Positions 1 through 12,000 of a DNA stretch of 64,000 nt are shown one piece after another. Where the stretch lies: NCBI GenBank assembly GCA_965655095.1, contig OZ296651.1, positions 81,778,001-81,842,000 of the forward strand, given 5' to 3'. Position 1 is the first letter of the stretch. Each line of letters starts with the position of its first letter. Both the position numbers and the translations under genes were made by a program. The notes under the pieces were generated by a model that was not told where the DNA came from, did not search any database, and worked only from the letters and a program-made list of their open reading frames with translations. This DNA comes from Haplodiscus bocki. Lineage: Eukaryota.

Positions 1-3000
1 TTCACATTGTCATCGTCTCACTCTAAGTCCCAATGATTGAGACTATCGGAGTGCTGTATCCCTTAGAATGTATTCTTATTGAATGAAAATGACCCATGCT
101 TCCCTTTAACTTTGGTTGTTCTTTCAATTTTGTTTGCAGTTTTAACAGAATCAGCTCAGACTGCCCGGATGTTTGTTGCCGATCAAATTTCATGAGAGAC
201 TTGCTAGTTTTCTTGTTTTGACAATTTCGATGAAACGTGCTGCTACATTTAATACTCGGAAATGCAAAGACGCAAAGTTAAGTGACTTTAGTCAGCGCAG
301 ACATTCTTGCCTATTTTCATCATCTTCGAGGTACTATTTCTTTGTTATGGAAAACTCGTGTCATTTTTCGACGCATTATAGAGTGCTGCTTTTATAGGTG
401 CTGTCAGTAGGTATCTTGTAGTGGCCGATAAAAGTGTGTGGTTCATACACCGTGCGCAGACATAGATTCTTTTTAACCAAAGGTCAGATTCTTAGACCAC
501 TGTGTTCGACACGTTATTGGAAACTGATTTTTTCAGTGTCCTCAGTAGGTGTCACTTATGATACAATACAAACTAGTCAATTTGACAGGGTCATATATTC
601 TTACTGCGCAAGCCATTTTTGTGTGTCTGAGCAGAAAGTCGGCTCCTTTGACTTTTGTGTTTGACATATTACTGGGTACTGTTTTTTCAATGCTTTCAAT
701 AAGTGTCGTATATGATTGTATATGTTACAGTGCCATCACTTGGAATAGTCCGTTCATACCCATGCACTAACCTAAAATGTTTTACGGAAAAAACGGCTGT
801 TTTACCATTGTGTTCGACACGTTAATGGGCGCTGGCTTCTTCAGTGCTCTCAGTAGGTGTCGTATATGATCTAGTACAAGAATGTCGATTTGATGGGATC
901 ATCTGTTCATACCCATTGGGCAAACATTTATCCGTTTCAAACAGAAAATCTGCTTATTTGACCCCTGCTATTGACATGTATTGAGTGGCGGCTTTTTATT
1001 ATGCCTTCAATATGTTTCGTATATGATGTAGTATCCGCAGATGGTTTTTTCTGTTCATCTATTCATACTCCTTCCAGGAACCTAGCCTGTTTAAGGCAGG
1101 AAAATAGTTTTTTACCATTGTGTTCGACACAATGGGCGCTGGCTTTTCCAGTGCCCTCAGTAGGTGTTGTATATGATATAGTACAAGAGGGTCGATTTGA
1201 TAGGATAATATATTCGTACTCCTGGCTCATGCCATATTTGTGTCTGAAGAGAAAGTCTGCTTCTTTGACTTTCGTGCTTCACGTATTACTGGCGGTTGTT
1301 TTTTTCTATGCCTTCAGTAAGTGTTGTATATGATATAGTACAAGAAGGTCCCATGGGTGGGAGCATCTGGTCATGAGCCTTGCTCAAGCAATGTTTTTTT
1401 TTTCAAATAGTAAGTCTGTTTCTTGCTATTGGGATATTATGGAATACAGCTTTTGGTTTTCCTTCAATACGTTTCGTATTTGATATAGTACCGGCAGTTG
1501 GAAGTGTCCGTTGATCTACTAATACCCCTTGCAGAAACTTGGCCTGTTTTTTCTTTTACAAAGAAACGGCTTTTTTACCTTCGTGTTCGACATGTTATTG
1601 CAAAATGCTTTTTTCAGTGCCCTCAGTAAGTGTCATTTTTGATGGAATACAAACTGGTCGATTTGATGGGATCTTTTTTTCGTATTCCTTGCACAAACCA
1701 CTTCTGTGTGTTTGAACAGAAAGTAGGCGTCCTTGACTTTTGTTTTTGACATATCACTGGTTACTGTTTTTTCAATCCTTTCAATTAGTGTCGTATATGA
1801 TTGTATATGTTACAGTACCATCACTTGGAATAGTCCGTTCATACCCATGCACTAACCTAAAATGTTTTGCGGCAAAAACGGCTGTTTTACCATTGTGTTC
1901 GACACGTTAATGGGCGCTGGCTTCAGTGCTCTCAGTAGGTGTCGTATATGATCTAGTACAAGAAGGTCGAATGGATGGGATCATCTGTTCATACCCATTG
2001 GGCAAACAATTATACGTTTCAAACAGAAAATCTGCTTGTTTGACCCCTGCTATTGACATGTATTGAGTAGTGGCTTTTTTATGCCTTCAATATGTTTCGT
2101 ATGTGATGTAGTATCCGCAGATGGTTTTTTCTGTTCATCTATTCAGACTCCTTCCAGGAACCTAGCCTGTTTAAGGCAGGAAAATGGTTTTTTACCATTG
2201 TGTTCGACACAATGGGCGCTGGCTTTTCCAGTGCCCTCAGTAGGTGTTGTATATGATATATTACAAGAGGGTCGATTTGATGGGATATTATATTCGTACT
2301 CCTGGCTCATGCCATATTTGTGTCTGAAGAGAAAGTCTGCTTCTTTGACTTTTGTGCTTCACGTATTACTTGCGGTTGTTTTTTTCTATGCCTCCAGTAA
2401 GTGTCGTGTATGATATAGTACAAGAAGGTCCCATGGGTGGGAGCATCTGGTCATGAGCCTTGCTCAAGCAATGTTTTTTTCAAACAGTAAGTCTGTTTCT
2501 TGCTATTGGGATATTATGGAGTACAGCTTTTGGTATTCCTTCAATACGTTTCGTATTTGATATAGTACCGGCAGTTGGAAGTGTCCGTTGATCTACTAAT
2601 ACCCCTTGCAGAAACTTGGCCTGTTTTTTTTTTTACAAAGAAACGGCTTTTTTACCTTCGTGTTCGACATTTTATTGCAAAATGCTTTTTTCAGTGCCCT
2701 CAGTAAGTGTCATTTTTGATGGAATACAAACTGGTCGATTTGATGGGATCTTTTTTTCGTATTCCTTGCACAAACCACTTCTGTGTGTTTGAACAGAAAG
2801 TAGGCGTCCTTGACTTTTGTTTTTGACATATCACTGGTTACTGTTTTTTCAATCCTTTCAATTAGTGTCGTATATGATTGTATATGTTACAGTACCATCA
2901 CTTGGAATAGTCCGTTCATACCCATGCACTAACCTAAAATGTTTTGCGGCAAAAACGGCTGTTTTACCATTGTGTTCGACACGTTAATGGGCGCTGGCTT

Positions 3001-6000
3001 CAGTGCTCTCAGTAGGTGTCGTATATGATCTAGTACAAGAAGGTCGAATGGATGGGATCATCTGTTCATACCCATTGGGCAAACAATTATACGTTTCAAA
3101 CAGAAAATCTGCTTGTTTGACCCCTGCTATTGACATGTATTGAGTAGTGGCTTTTTTATGCCTTCAATATGTTTCGTATGTGATGTAGTATCCGCAGATG
3201 GTTTTTTCTGTTCATCTATTCAGACTCCTTCCAGGAACCTAGCCTGTTTAAGGCAGGAAAATGGTTTTTTACCATTGTGTTCGACACAATGGGCGCTGGC
3301 TTTTCCAGTGCCCTCAGTAGGTGTTGTATATGATATATTACAAGAGGGTCGATTTGATGGGATATTATATTCGTACTCCTGGCTCATGCCATATTTGTGT
3401 CTGAAGAGAAAGTCTGCTTCTTTGACTTTTGTGCTTCACGTATTACTTGCGGTTGTTTTTTTCTATGCCTCCAGTAAGTGTCGTGTATGATATAGTACAA
3501 GAAGGTCCCATGGGTGGGAGCATCTGGTCATGAGCCTTGCTCAAGCAATGTTTTTTTCAAACAGTAAGTCTGTTTCTTGCTATTGGGATATTATGGAGTA
3601 CAGCTTTTGGTATTCCTTCAATACGTTTCGTATTTGATATAGTACCGGCAGTTGGAAGTGTCCGTTGATCTACTAATACCCCTTGCAGAAACTTGGCCTG
3701 TTTTTTTTTTTTACAAAGAAACGGCTTTTTTACCTTCGTGTTCGACATTTTATTGCGAAATGCTTTTTTCAGTGCCCTCAGTAAGTGTCATTTTTGATGG
3801 AATACAAACTGGTCGATTTGATGGGATCTTTTTTTCGTACTCCTTGCACAAACCAGCTCTGTGTGTTTGAACAGAAAGTAGGCGTCCTTGACTTTTGTTT
3901 TTGACATATCACTGTTTACTGTTTTTTCAATCCTTTCAATAAGTGTCGTATATGATTGTATATGTTACAGTGCCATCACTTGGAATAGTCCGTTCATACC
4001 CATGCACTAACCTAAAATGTTTTGCGGCAAAAACGGCTGTTTTACCATTGTGTTCGACACGTTAATGGGCGCTGGCTTCAGTGCTCTCAGTAGGTGTCGT
4101 ATATGATCTAGTACAAGAAGGTCGAATGGATGGGATCATCTGTTCATACCCATTGGGCAAACAATTATACGTTTCAAACAGAAAATCTGCTTGTTTGACC
4201 CCTGCTATTGACATGTATTGAGTAGTGGCTTTTTTATGCCTTCAATATGTTTCGTATGTGATGTCGTATCCGCAGATGGTTTTTTCTGTTCATCTATTCA
4301 GACTCCTTCCAGGAACCTAGCCTGTTTAAGGCAGGAAAATGTTTTTTTACCATTGTGTTCGACACAATGGGCGCTGGCTTTTCCAGTGCCCTCAGTAGGT
4401 GTTGTATATGATATATTACAAGAGGGTCGATTTGATGGGATATTATATTCGTACTCCTGGCTCATGCCATATTTGTGTCTGAAGAGAAAGTCTGCTTCTT
4501 TGACTTTTGTGCTTCACGTATTACTTGCGGTTGTTTTTTTCTATGCCTCCAGTAAGTGTCGTGTATGATATAGTACAAGAAGGTCCCATGGGTGGGAGCA
4601 TCTGGTCATGAGCCTTGCTCAAGCAATGTTTTTTTTCAAACAGTAAGTCTGTTTCTTGCTATTGGGATATTATGGAGTACAGCTTTTGGTATTCCTTCAA
4701 TACGTTTCGTATTTGATATAGTACCGGCAGTTGGAAGTGTCCGTTGATCTACTAATACCCCTTGCAGAAACTTGGCCTGTTTTTTTTACAAAGAAACGGC
4801 TTTTTTACCTTCGTGTTCGACATTTTATTGCGAAATGCTTTTTTCAGTGCCCTCAGTAAGTGTCATTTTTGATGGAATACAAACTGGTCGATTTGATGGG
4901 ATCTTTTTTTCGTACTCCTTGCACAAACCACCTCTGTGTGTTTGAACAGAAAGTAGGCGTCCTTGACTTTTGTTTTTGACATATCACTGGTTACTGTTTT
5001 TTCAATCCTTTCAATAAGTGTCGTATATGATCTAGTACAAGAAGGTCGAATGGATGGGATCATCTGTTATTACCCATTGGGCAAACAATTATTCCTTTCA
5101 AACAGAAAGTGTGCTTCTTTGACCCCTGCCGTTGACGTATCTTGGATAACACCTTCTTATTGTGCCTTGAATATGTTTCGTTTATGATATAGTACCAGCA
5201 TTTGGACTTTTCCGTTCATCTGCTTAGACTTCTTTCAGAAACCTAGCCTGATTAAGGAAGGAAAACAGCTTTTTACCCTTGTGTTCGACACGTTATTGGG
5301 CGCTGGCTTCTTCAGTGCTCTCAGTAGGTGTCGTATATGATCTGGTACAAGAAGGTCGAATGGATGGGATCATCTGTTCATACCCATTGGGCAAACAATT
5401 ATCCGTTTCAAACCGAAAATCTGCTTATTTGACCCCTGCTATTGACATGTTTTGAGTAGCGGCTTTTTTTTATGCCTTCAATATGTTTCGTATATGATGT
5501 TGTATCCGCAGATGGTTTTTTCTGTTCATCTATTCAGACTCCTTCCAGGAACCTAGCCTGTTTAAGGCAGGAAAACAGTTTCTTACCATTGTGTTCGACA
5601 CAATGGGCGCTGGCTTTTCCAGTGCCCTCAGTAGGTGTTGTATATGATATAGTACAAGAGGGTCGATTTGATAGGATAATATATTCGTACTCCTGGCTCA
5701 TGCCATATTTGTGTCTGAAGAGAAAGTCTGCTTCTTTGACTTTTGTGCTTCACGTATTACTGGCGGTTGTTTTTTTCTATGCCTTCAATAAGTGTTGTAT
5801 ATGATATAGTACAAGAAGGTCCCATGGGTGGGAGCATCTGGTCATGCTCCTTGCTCAAGCAATGTTCTTTTCAAACAGTAAGTCTGTTTCTTGCCATTGG
5901 GATATTATGGAGTACAGCTTTTGGTTTTCCTTCAATACGTTTCGTATTTAATATAGTACCATCAGTTGGAAGTGTCCGTTGATCTACTAATTCACCTTGG

Positions 6001-9000
6001 AGAAACTTGACCTGTTTTTTTACAAAGAAACGGCTTTTTTACCTTCGTGTTGGACGTGTTATTGCGCACTGCTTTTTTCAGTGCCCTCAGTAAGTGTCAT
6101 TTTTGTTGCAATACATTTTGGTCGATTTGATGGGATCTTTTTTTCGTATTCCGTGCACAAACCACCTCTGTGTGTTTGAACAGAAAGTAGGCGTCCTTGA
6201 CTTTTGTTTTTGACATATCACTGGTTACTGTTTTTTCAATCCTTTCAATAAGTGTCGTATATGATTGTATATGTTACAGTGCCATCACTTGGAATAGTCC
6301 GTTCATACCCATGCACTAACCTAAAATGTTTTGCGGCAAAAAGGGCTGTTTTACCATTGTGTTCGACACGTTAATGGGCGCTGGCTTCAGTGCTCTCAGT
6401 AGGTGTCGTATCTGATCTAGTACAAAAAGGTCGAATGGATGGGATCATCTGTTAATACCCATTGGGCAAACAATTATTCCTTTCAAACAGAAAGTGTGCT
6501 TCTTTGACCCCTGCCATTGACGTATATTGGATAACACCTTCTTATTGTGCCTTGAATATGTTTCGTTTATGATATAGTACCAGCATTTGGACTTTTCCGT
6601 TCATCTGCTTAGACTTCTTTTAGAAACCTAGCCTGCTTAAGGAAGGAAAACGGTTTTTTACCATTGTGTTCGATACATTAGGCGCTGGCTTTTCCAGTGC
6701 CCTCAGTAGGTGTTGTATATGATATAGTACAAGAAGGTCGATTTGATAGGATAATATATTCGTACTCCTGGCTCATGCCATATTTGTGTCTGCAGAGAAA
6801 GTCTGCTTCTTTGACTTTTGTGCTTCACGTATTACTGGCGGTTGTTTTCTATGCCTCCAGTAAGTGTTGTATATGATATAGTACAAGAAGGTCCCATGGG
6901 TGGGAGCATCTGGTCATGAGCCTTGCTCAAGCAATGTTTTTTTCAAACAGTAAGTCTGTTTCTTGCTATTGGGATATTATGGAGTACAGCTTTTGGTATT
7001 CCTTCAATACGTTTCGTATTTGATATAGTACCGGCAGTTGGAAGTGTCCGTTGATCTACTAATACCCCTTGCAGAAAATTGGCCTGTTTTTTTTTACAAA
7101 GAAACGGCTTTTTTACCTTCGTGTTCGACATGTTATTGCAAAATGCTTTCTTCAGTGCCCTCAGTAAGTGTCATTTTAGATGGAATACAAACTGGTCGAT
7201 TTGATGGGATCTTTTTTTCGTACTCCTTGCACAAACCACCTCTGTGTGTTTGAACAGAAAGTTGGCGTCTTTGACTTTTGTTTTTGACATATCACTGGTT
7301 ACTGTTTTTTCAAGGCTTTCAATAAATGTATATGATTGTTTATGTTACAGTACCATCACTTGGAAAAGTCCGTTCATATCCATGCACTGACCTAAAATGT
7401 TTTACGGAAAAAACGGCTGTTTTACCATTGTGTTCGACACGTTAATGGGTGCTGGATTCAGTGCTCTCAGTAGGTGTCGTATATGATCTAGAACAAGAAG
7501 GTCGAATGGATGGGATCATTTATTCATACCCATTGGGCAAACAATTATTCGTTTCAAAGAGAAAGTGTGCTTCTTTGACCCCTGCCATTGACGTATATTG
7601 GATAACACCTTCTTATTGTGCCTTGAATATGTTTCGTTTATGATATAGTATCGGCATTTGGACTTTTCCGTTCATCTATTCAGACTCCTTCCAGGAACCT
7701 AGCCTGTTTAAGGCAGGAAAACAGTTTTTTACCATTGTGTTTGACACCTTGGGCACTGGTTTTTCCAGTTCCCTCAGTAGGTGTTGTATATGAAATAGTA
7801 CAAGAAGGTCGATTTTATAGGATAATATATTCGTACTCCTGGCTAATGCCATAGTTGTGTCTGAAGGAAGAGAAAGTCTGCTTCTTTGTCTTTTGTGTTT
7901 CACGTTTTACTGGCGGTTGTTTTTTTCTATGCCTCCAGTAAGTGTCGTATATGATATAGTACAAGAAGTTCCCATGGCTGGGAGCATCTGGTCATGCCCC
8001 TTGCTCAAGCAATGTTTTTTTTTCAAACAGTAAGTCTGTTTCTTGCTATTGGGATATTATGGAGTACAGCTTTTGGTATTCCTTCAATACGTTTCGTATT
8101 TAATATAGTACCAGCAGTTGGAAGTGTCCGTTGATCTACTAATTCACCTTGCAGAAACTTGACCTGTTTTTTTTTACAAAGAAACGGCTTTTTTACCTTC
8201 GTGTTCGACGTGTTATTGCGCACTGCTTTTTTCAGTGCCCTCAGTAAGTGTCATTTTTGATGCAATACAATTTGGTCGATTTGATGGGATCTTTTTTTCG
8301 TATTCCTTGCACAAACCACCTCTGTGTGTTTGAACAGAAAGTAGGCGTCCTTGACTTTTGTTTTTGACATATCACTGGTTACTGTTTTTTCAATCCTTTC
8401 AATAAGTGTCGTATATGATTGTATATGTTACAGTACCATAACTTGGAATAGTCCGTTCATACCCATGCACTAACCTAAAATGTTCTGCGGCAAAAACGGC
8501 TGTTTTACCATTGTGTTCGAAACGTTAATGGGCGCTGGCTTCAGTGCTCTCAGTAGGTGTCGTATATGATCTAGTACAAAAAGGTCGAATGGATGGGATC
8601 TTTTATTCATACCCATTGGGCAAACAATTATTCGTTTCAAAGAGAATGTGTGCTTCTTTGACCCCTGCCATTGACGTATATTGGATAACACCTTCTTATT
8701 GTGCCTTGAATATGTTTCGTTTATGATATAGTATCGGCATTTGGACTTTTCCGTTCATCTATTCAGACTCCTTCCAGGAACCTAGCCTGTTTAAGGCAGG
8801 AAAACAGTTTTTTACCATTGTGTTTGACACCTTGGGCACTGGTTTTTCCAGTTCCCTCAGTAGGTGTTGTATATGAAATAGTACAAGAAGGTCGATTTTA
8901 TAGGATAATATATTCGTACTCCTGGCTCATGCCATAGTTGTGTCTGAAGGAAGAGAAAGTCTGCTTCTTTGACTTTTGTGTTTCACGTTTTACTGGCGGT

Positions 9001-12000
9001 TGTTTTTTTCTATGCCTCCAGTAAGTGTCGTATATGATATAGTACAAGAAGTTCCCATGGCTGGGAGCATCTGGTCATGCCCCTTGCTCAAGCAATGTTT
9101 TTTTTTCAAACAGTAAGTCTGTTTCTTTCTATTGGGATATTATGGAGTACAGCTTCTGGTATTCCTTCAATACGTTTCGTATTTAATATAGTACCAGCAG
9201 TTGGAAGTGTCCGTTGATCTACTAATTCACCTTGCAGAAACTTGACCTGTTTTTTTTTACAAAGAAACGGCTTTTTTACCTTCGTGTTCGACGTGTTATT
9301 GCGCACTGCTTTTTTCAGTGCCCTCAGTAAGTGTCATTTTTGATGCAATACAATTTGGTCGATTTGATGGGATCTTTTTTTCGTATTCCTTGCACAAACC
9401 ACCTCTGTGTGTTTGAACAGAAAGTAGGCGTCCTTGACTTTTGTTTTTGACATATCACTGGTTACTGTTTTTTCAATCCTTTCAATAAGTGTCGTATATG
9501 ATTGTATATGTTACAGTACCATAACTTGGAATAGTCCGTTCATACCCATGCACTAACCTAAAATGTTTTGCGGCAAAAAGGGCTGTTTTACCATTGTGTT
9601 CGACACGTTAATGGGCGCTGGCTTCAGTGCTCTCAGTAGGTGTCGTATATGATCTAGTACAAAAAGGTCGAATGGATGGGATCATCTGTTAATACCCATT
9701 GGGCAAACAATTATTCCTTTCAAACAGAAAGTGTGCTTCTTTGACCCCTGCCGTTGACGTATATTGGATAACACCTTCTTATTGTGCCTTGAATTTGTTT
9801 CGTTTATGATATAGTACCAGCATTTGGACTTTTCCGTTCATCTGCTTAGACTTCTTTCAGAAACCTAGTCTGCTTAAGGAAGGAAAACAGCTTTTTATCC
9901 TTGTGTTCGACACGTTATTGGGCGCTGGCTTCTTCGGTGCTCTCAGTAGGTGTTGTATATGATCTAGTACAAGAAGGTCGAATGGATGGGATCATCTGTT
10001 AATACCCATTGGGCAAACAATTATTCCTTTCAAACCGAAAATCTGCTTATTTGACCCCTGCTATTGACATGTATTGAGTAGCGGCTTTTTTTATGCCTTC
10101 AATATGTTTCGTATATGATGTAGTATCCGCAGATGGTTTTTTCTGTTAATCTATTCAGACTCCTTCCAGGAACCTAGCCTGTTTAAGGCAGGAAAACGGT
10201 TTTTTACCATTGTGTTCGACACAATGGGCGCTGGCTTTTCCAGTGCCCTCAGTAGGTGTTGTATATGATATAGTACAAGAGGGTCGATTTGATAGGATAA
10301 TATATTCGTACTCCTGGCTCATGCCATAGTTGTGTCTGAAGGAAGAGAAAGTCTGCTTCTTTGACTTTTGTGTTTCACGTTTTACTGGCGGTTGTTTTTT
10401 TCTATGCCTCCAGTAAGTGTCGTATATGATATAGTACAAGAAGTTCCCATGGCTGGGAGCATCTGGTCATGCCCCTTGCTCAAGCAATGTTTTTTTTTTC
10501 AAACAGTAAGTCTGTTTCTTGCCATTGGGATATTATGCAGTACAGCTTTTGGTTTTCCTTCAATACGTTTCGTATTTAATATAGTACCAGCAGTTGGAAG
10601 TGTCCGTTGATCTACTAATTCACCTTGCAGAAACTTGACCTGTTTTTTTACAAAGAAACGGCTTTTTTACCTTCGTGTTCGACGTGTTATTGCGCACTGC
10701 TTTTTTCAGTGCCCTCAGTAAGTGTCATTTTTGATGCAATACAATTTGGTCTATTTGATGGGATCTTTTTTTCGTATTCCTTGCACAAACCACCTCTGTG
10801 TGTTTGAACAGAAAGTAGGCGTCCTTGACTTTTGTTTTTGACATATCACTGGTTACTGTTTTTTCAATCCTTTCAATAAGTGTCGTATATGATTGTATAT
10901 GTTACAGTACCATAACTTGGAATAGTCCGTTCATACCCATGCACTAACCTAAAATGTTTTGCGGCAAAAAGGGCTGTTTTACCATTGTGTTCGACACGTT
11001 AATGGGCGCTGGCTTCAGTGCTCTCAGTAGGTGTCGTATATGATCTAGTACAAAAAGGTCGAATGGATGGGATCATCTGTTAATACCCATTGGGCAAACA
11101 ATTATTCCTTTCAAACAGAAAGTGTGCTTCTTTGACCCCTGCCATTGACGTATATTGGATAACACCTTCTTATTGTGCCTTGAATATGTTTCGTTTATGA
11201 TATAGTATCGGCATTTGGACTTTTCCGTTCATCTATTCAGACTCCTTCCAGGAACCTAGCCTGTTTAAGGCAGGAAAACAGTTTTTTACCATTGTGTTTG
11301 ACACCTTGGGCACTTGTTTTTCCAGTTCCCTCAGTAGGTGTTGTATATGATATAGTACAAGAGGGTCGATTTGATAGGATAATATATTCGTACTCCTGGC
11401 TCATGCCATAGTTGTGTCTGAAGGAAGAGAAAGTCTGCTTCTTTGACTTTTGTGTTTCACGTTTTACTGGCGGTTGTTTTTTTCTATGCCTCCAGTAAGT
11501 GTCGTATATGATATAGTACAAGAAGTTCCCATGGCTGGGAGCATCTGGTCATGCCCCTTGCTCAAGCAATGTTTTTTTTTCAAACAGTAAGTCTGTTTCT
11601 TGCCATTGGGATATTATGCAGTACAGCTTTTGGTTTTCCTTCAATACGTTTCGTATTTAATATAGTACCAGCAGTTGGAAGTGTCCGTTGATCTACTAAT
11701 TCACCTTGCAGAAACTTGACCTGTTTTTTTTACAAAGAAACGGCTTTTTTACCTTCGTGTTCGACGTGTTATTGCGCACTGCTTTTTTCAGTGCCCTCAG
11801 TAAGTGTCATTTTTGATGCAATACAATTTGGTCTATTTGATGGGATCTTTTTTTCGTATTCCTTGCACAAACCACCTCTGTGTGTTTGAACAGAAAGTAG
11901 GCGTCCTTGACTTTTGTTTTTGACATATCACTGGTTACTGTTTTTTCAATCCTTTCAATAAGTGTCGTATATGATTGTATATGTTACAGTACCATAACTT

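Noticed and set aside
140-330. Possible upstream DOCK exon (acceptor-like tttgcag/taacag and donor gag|gtact)
   Set aside because: The only open frame has no recognisable DOCK similarity. The faintly DOCK-like MRDLLVF lies in a frame that stops two codons later. RNA evidence would be needed.
1122-1138. CENP-B box in the monomer (TTCGACACAATGGGC)
   Set aside because: It matches only 7 of the 9 essential positions of TTCG....A..CGGG, and other monomer types match less.
1244-1254. Hammerhead ribozyme core (CTGAAGA-GAAA), i.e. a retrozyme-like satellite
   Set aside because: There is no stem II between the boxes, no supporting stems I/III are evident, and many copies disrupt it (ctgaaggaagagaaa).
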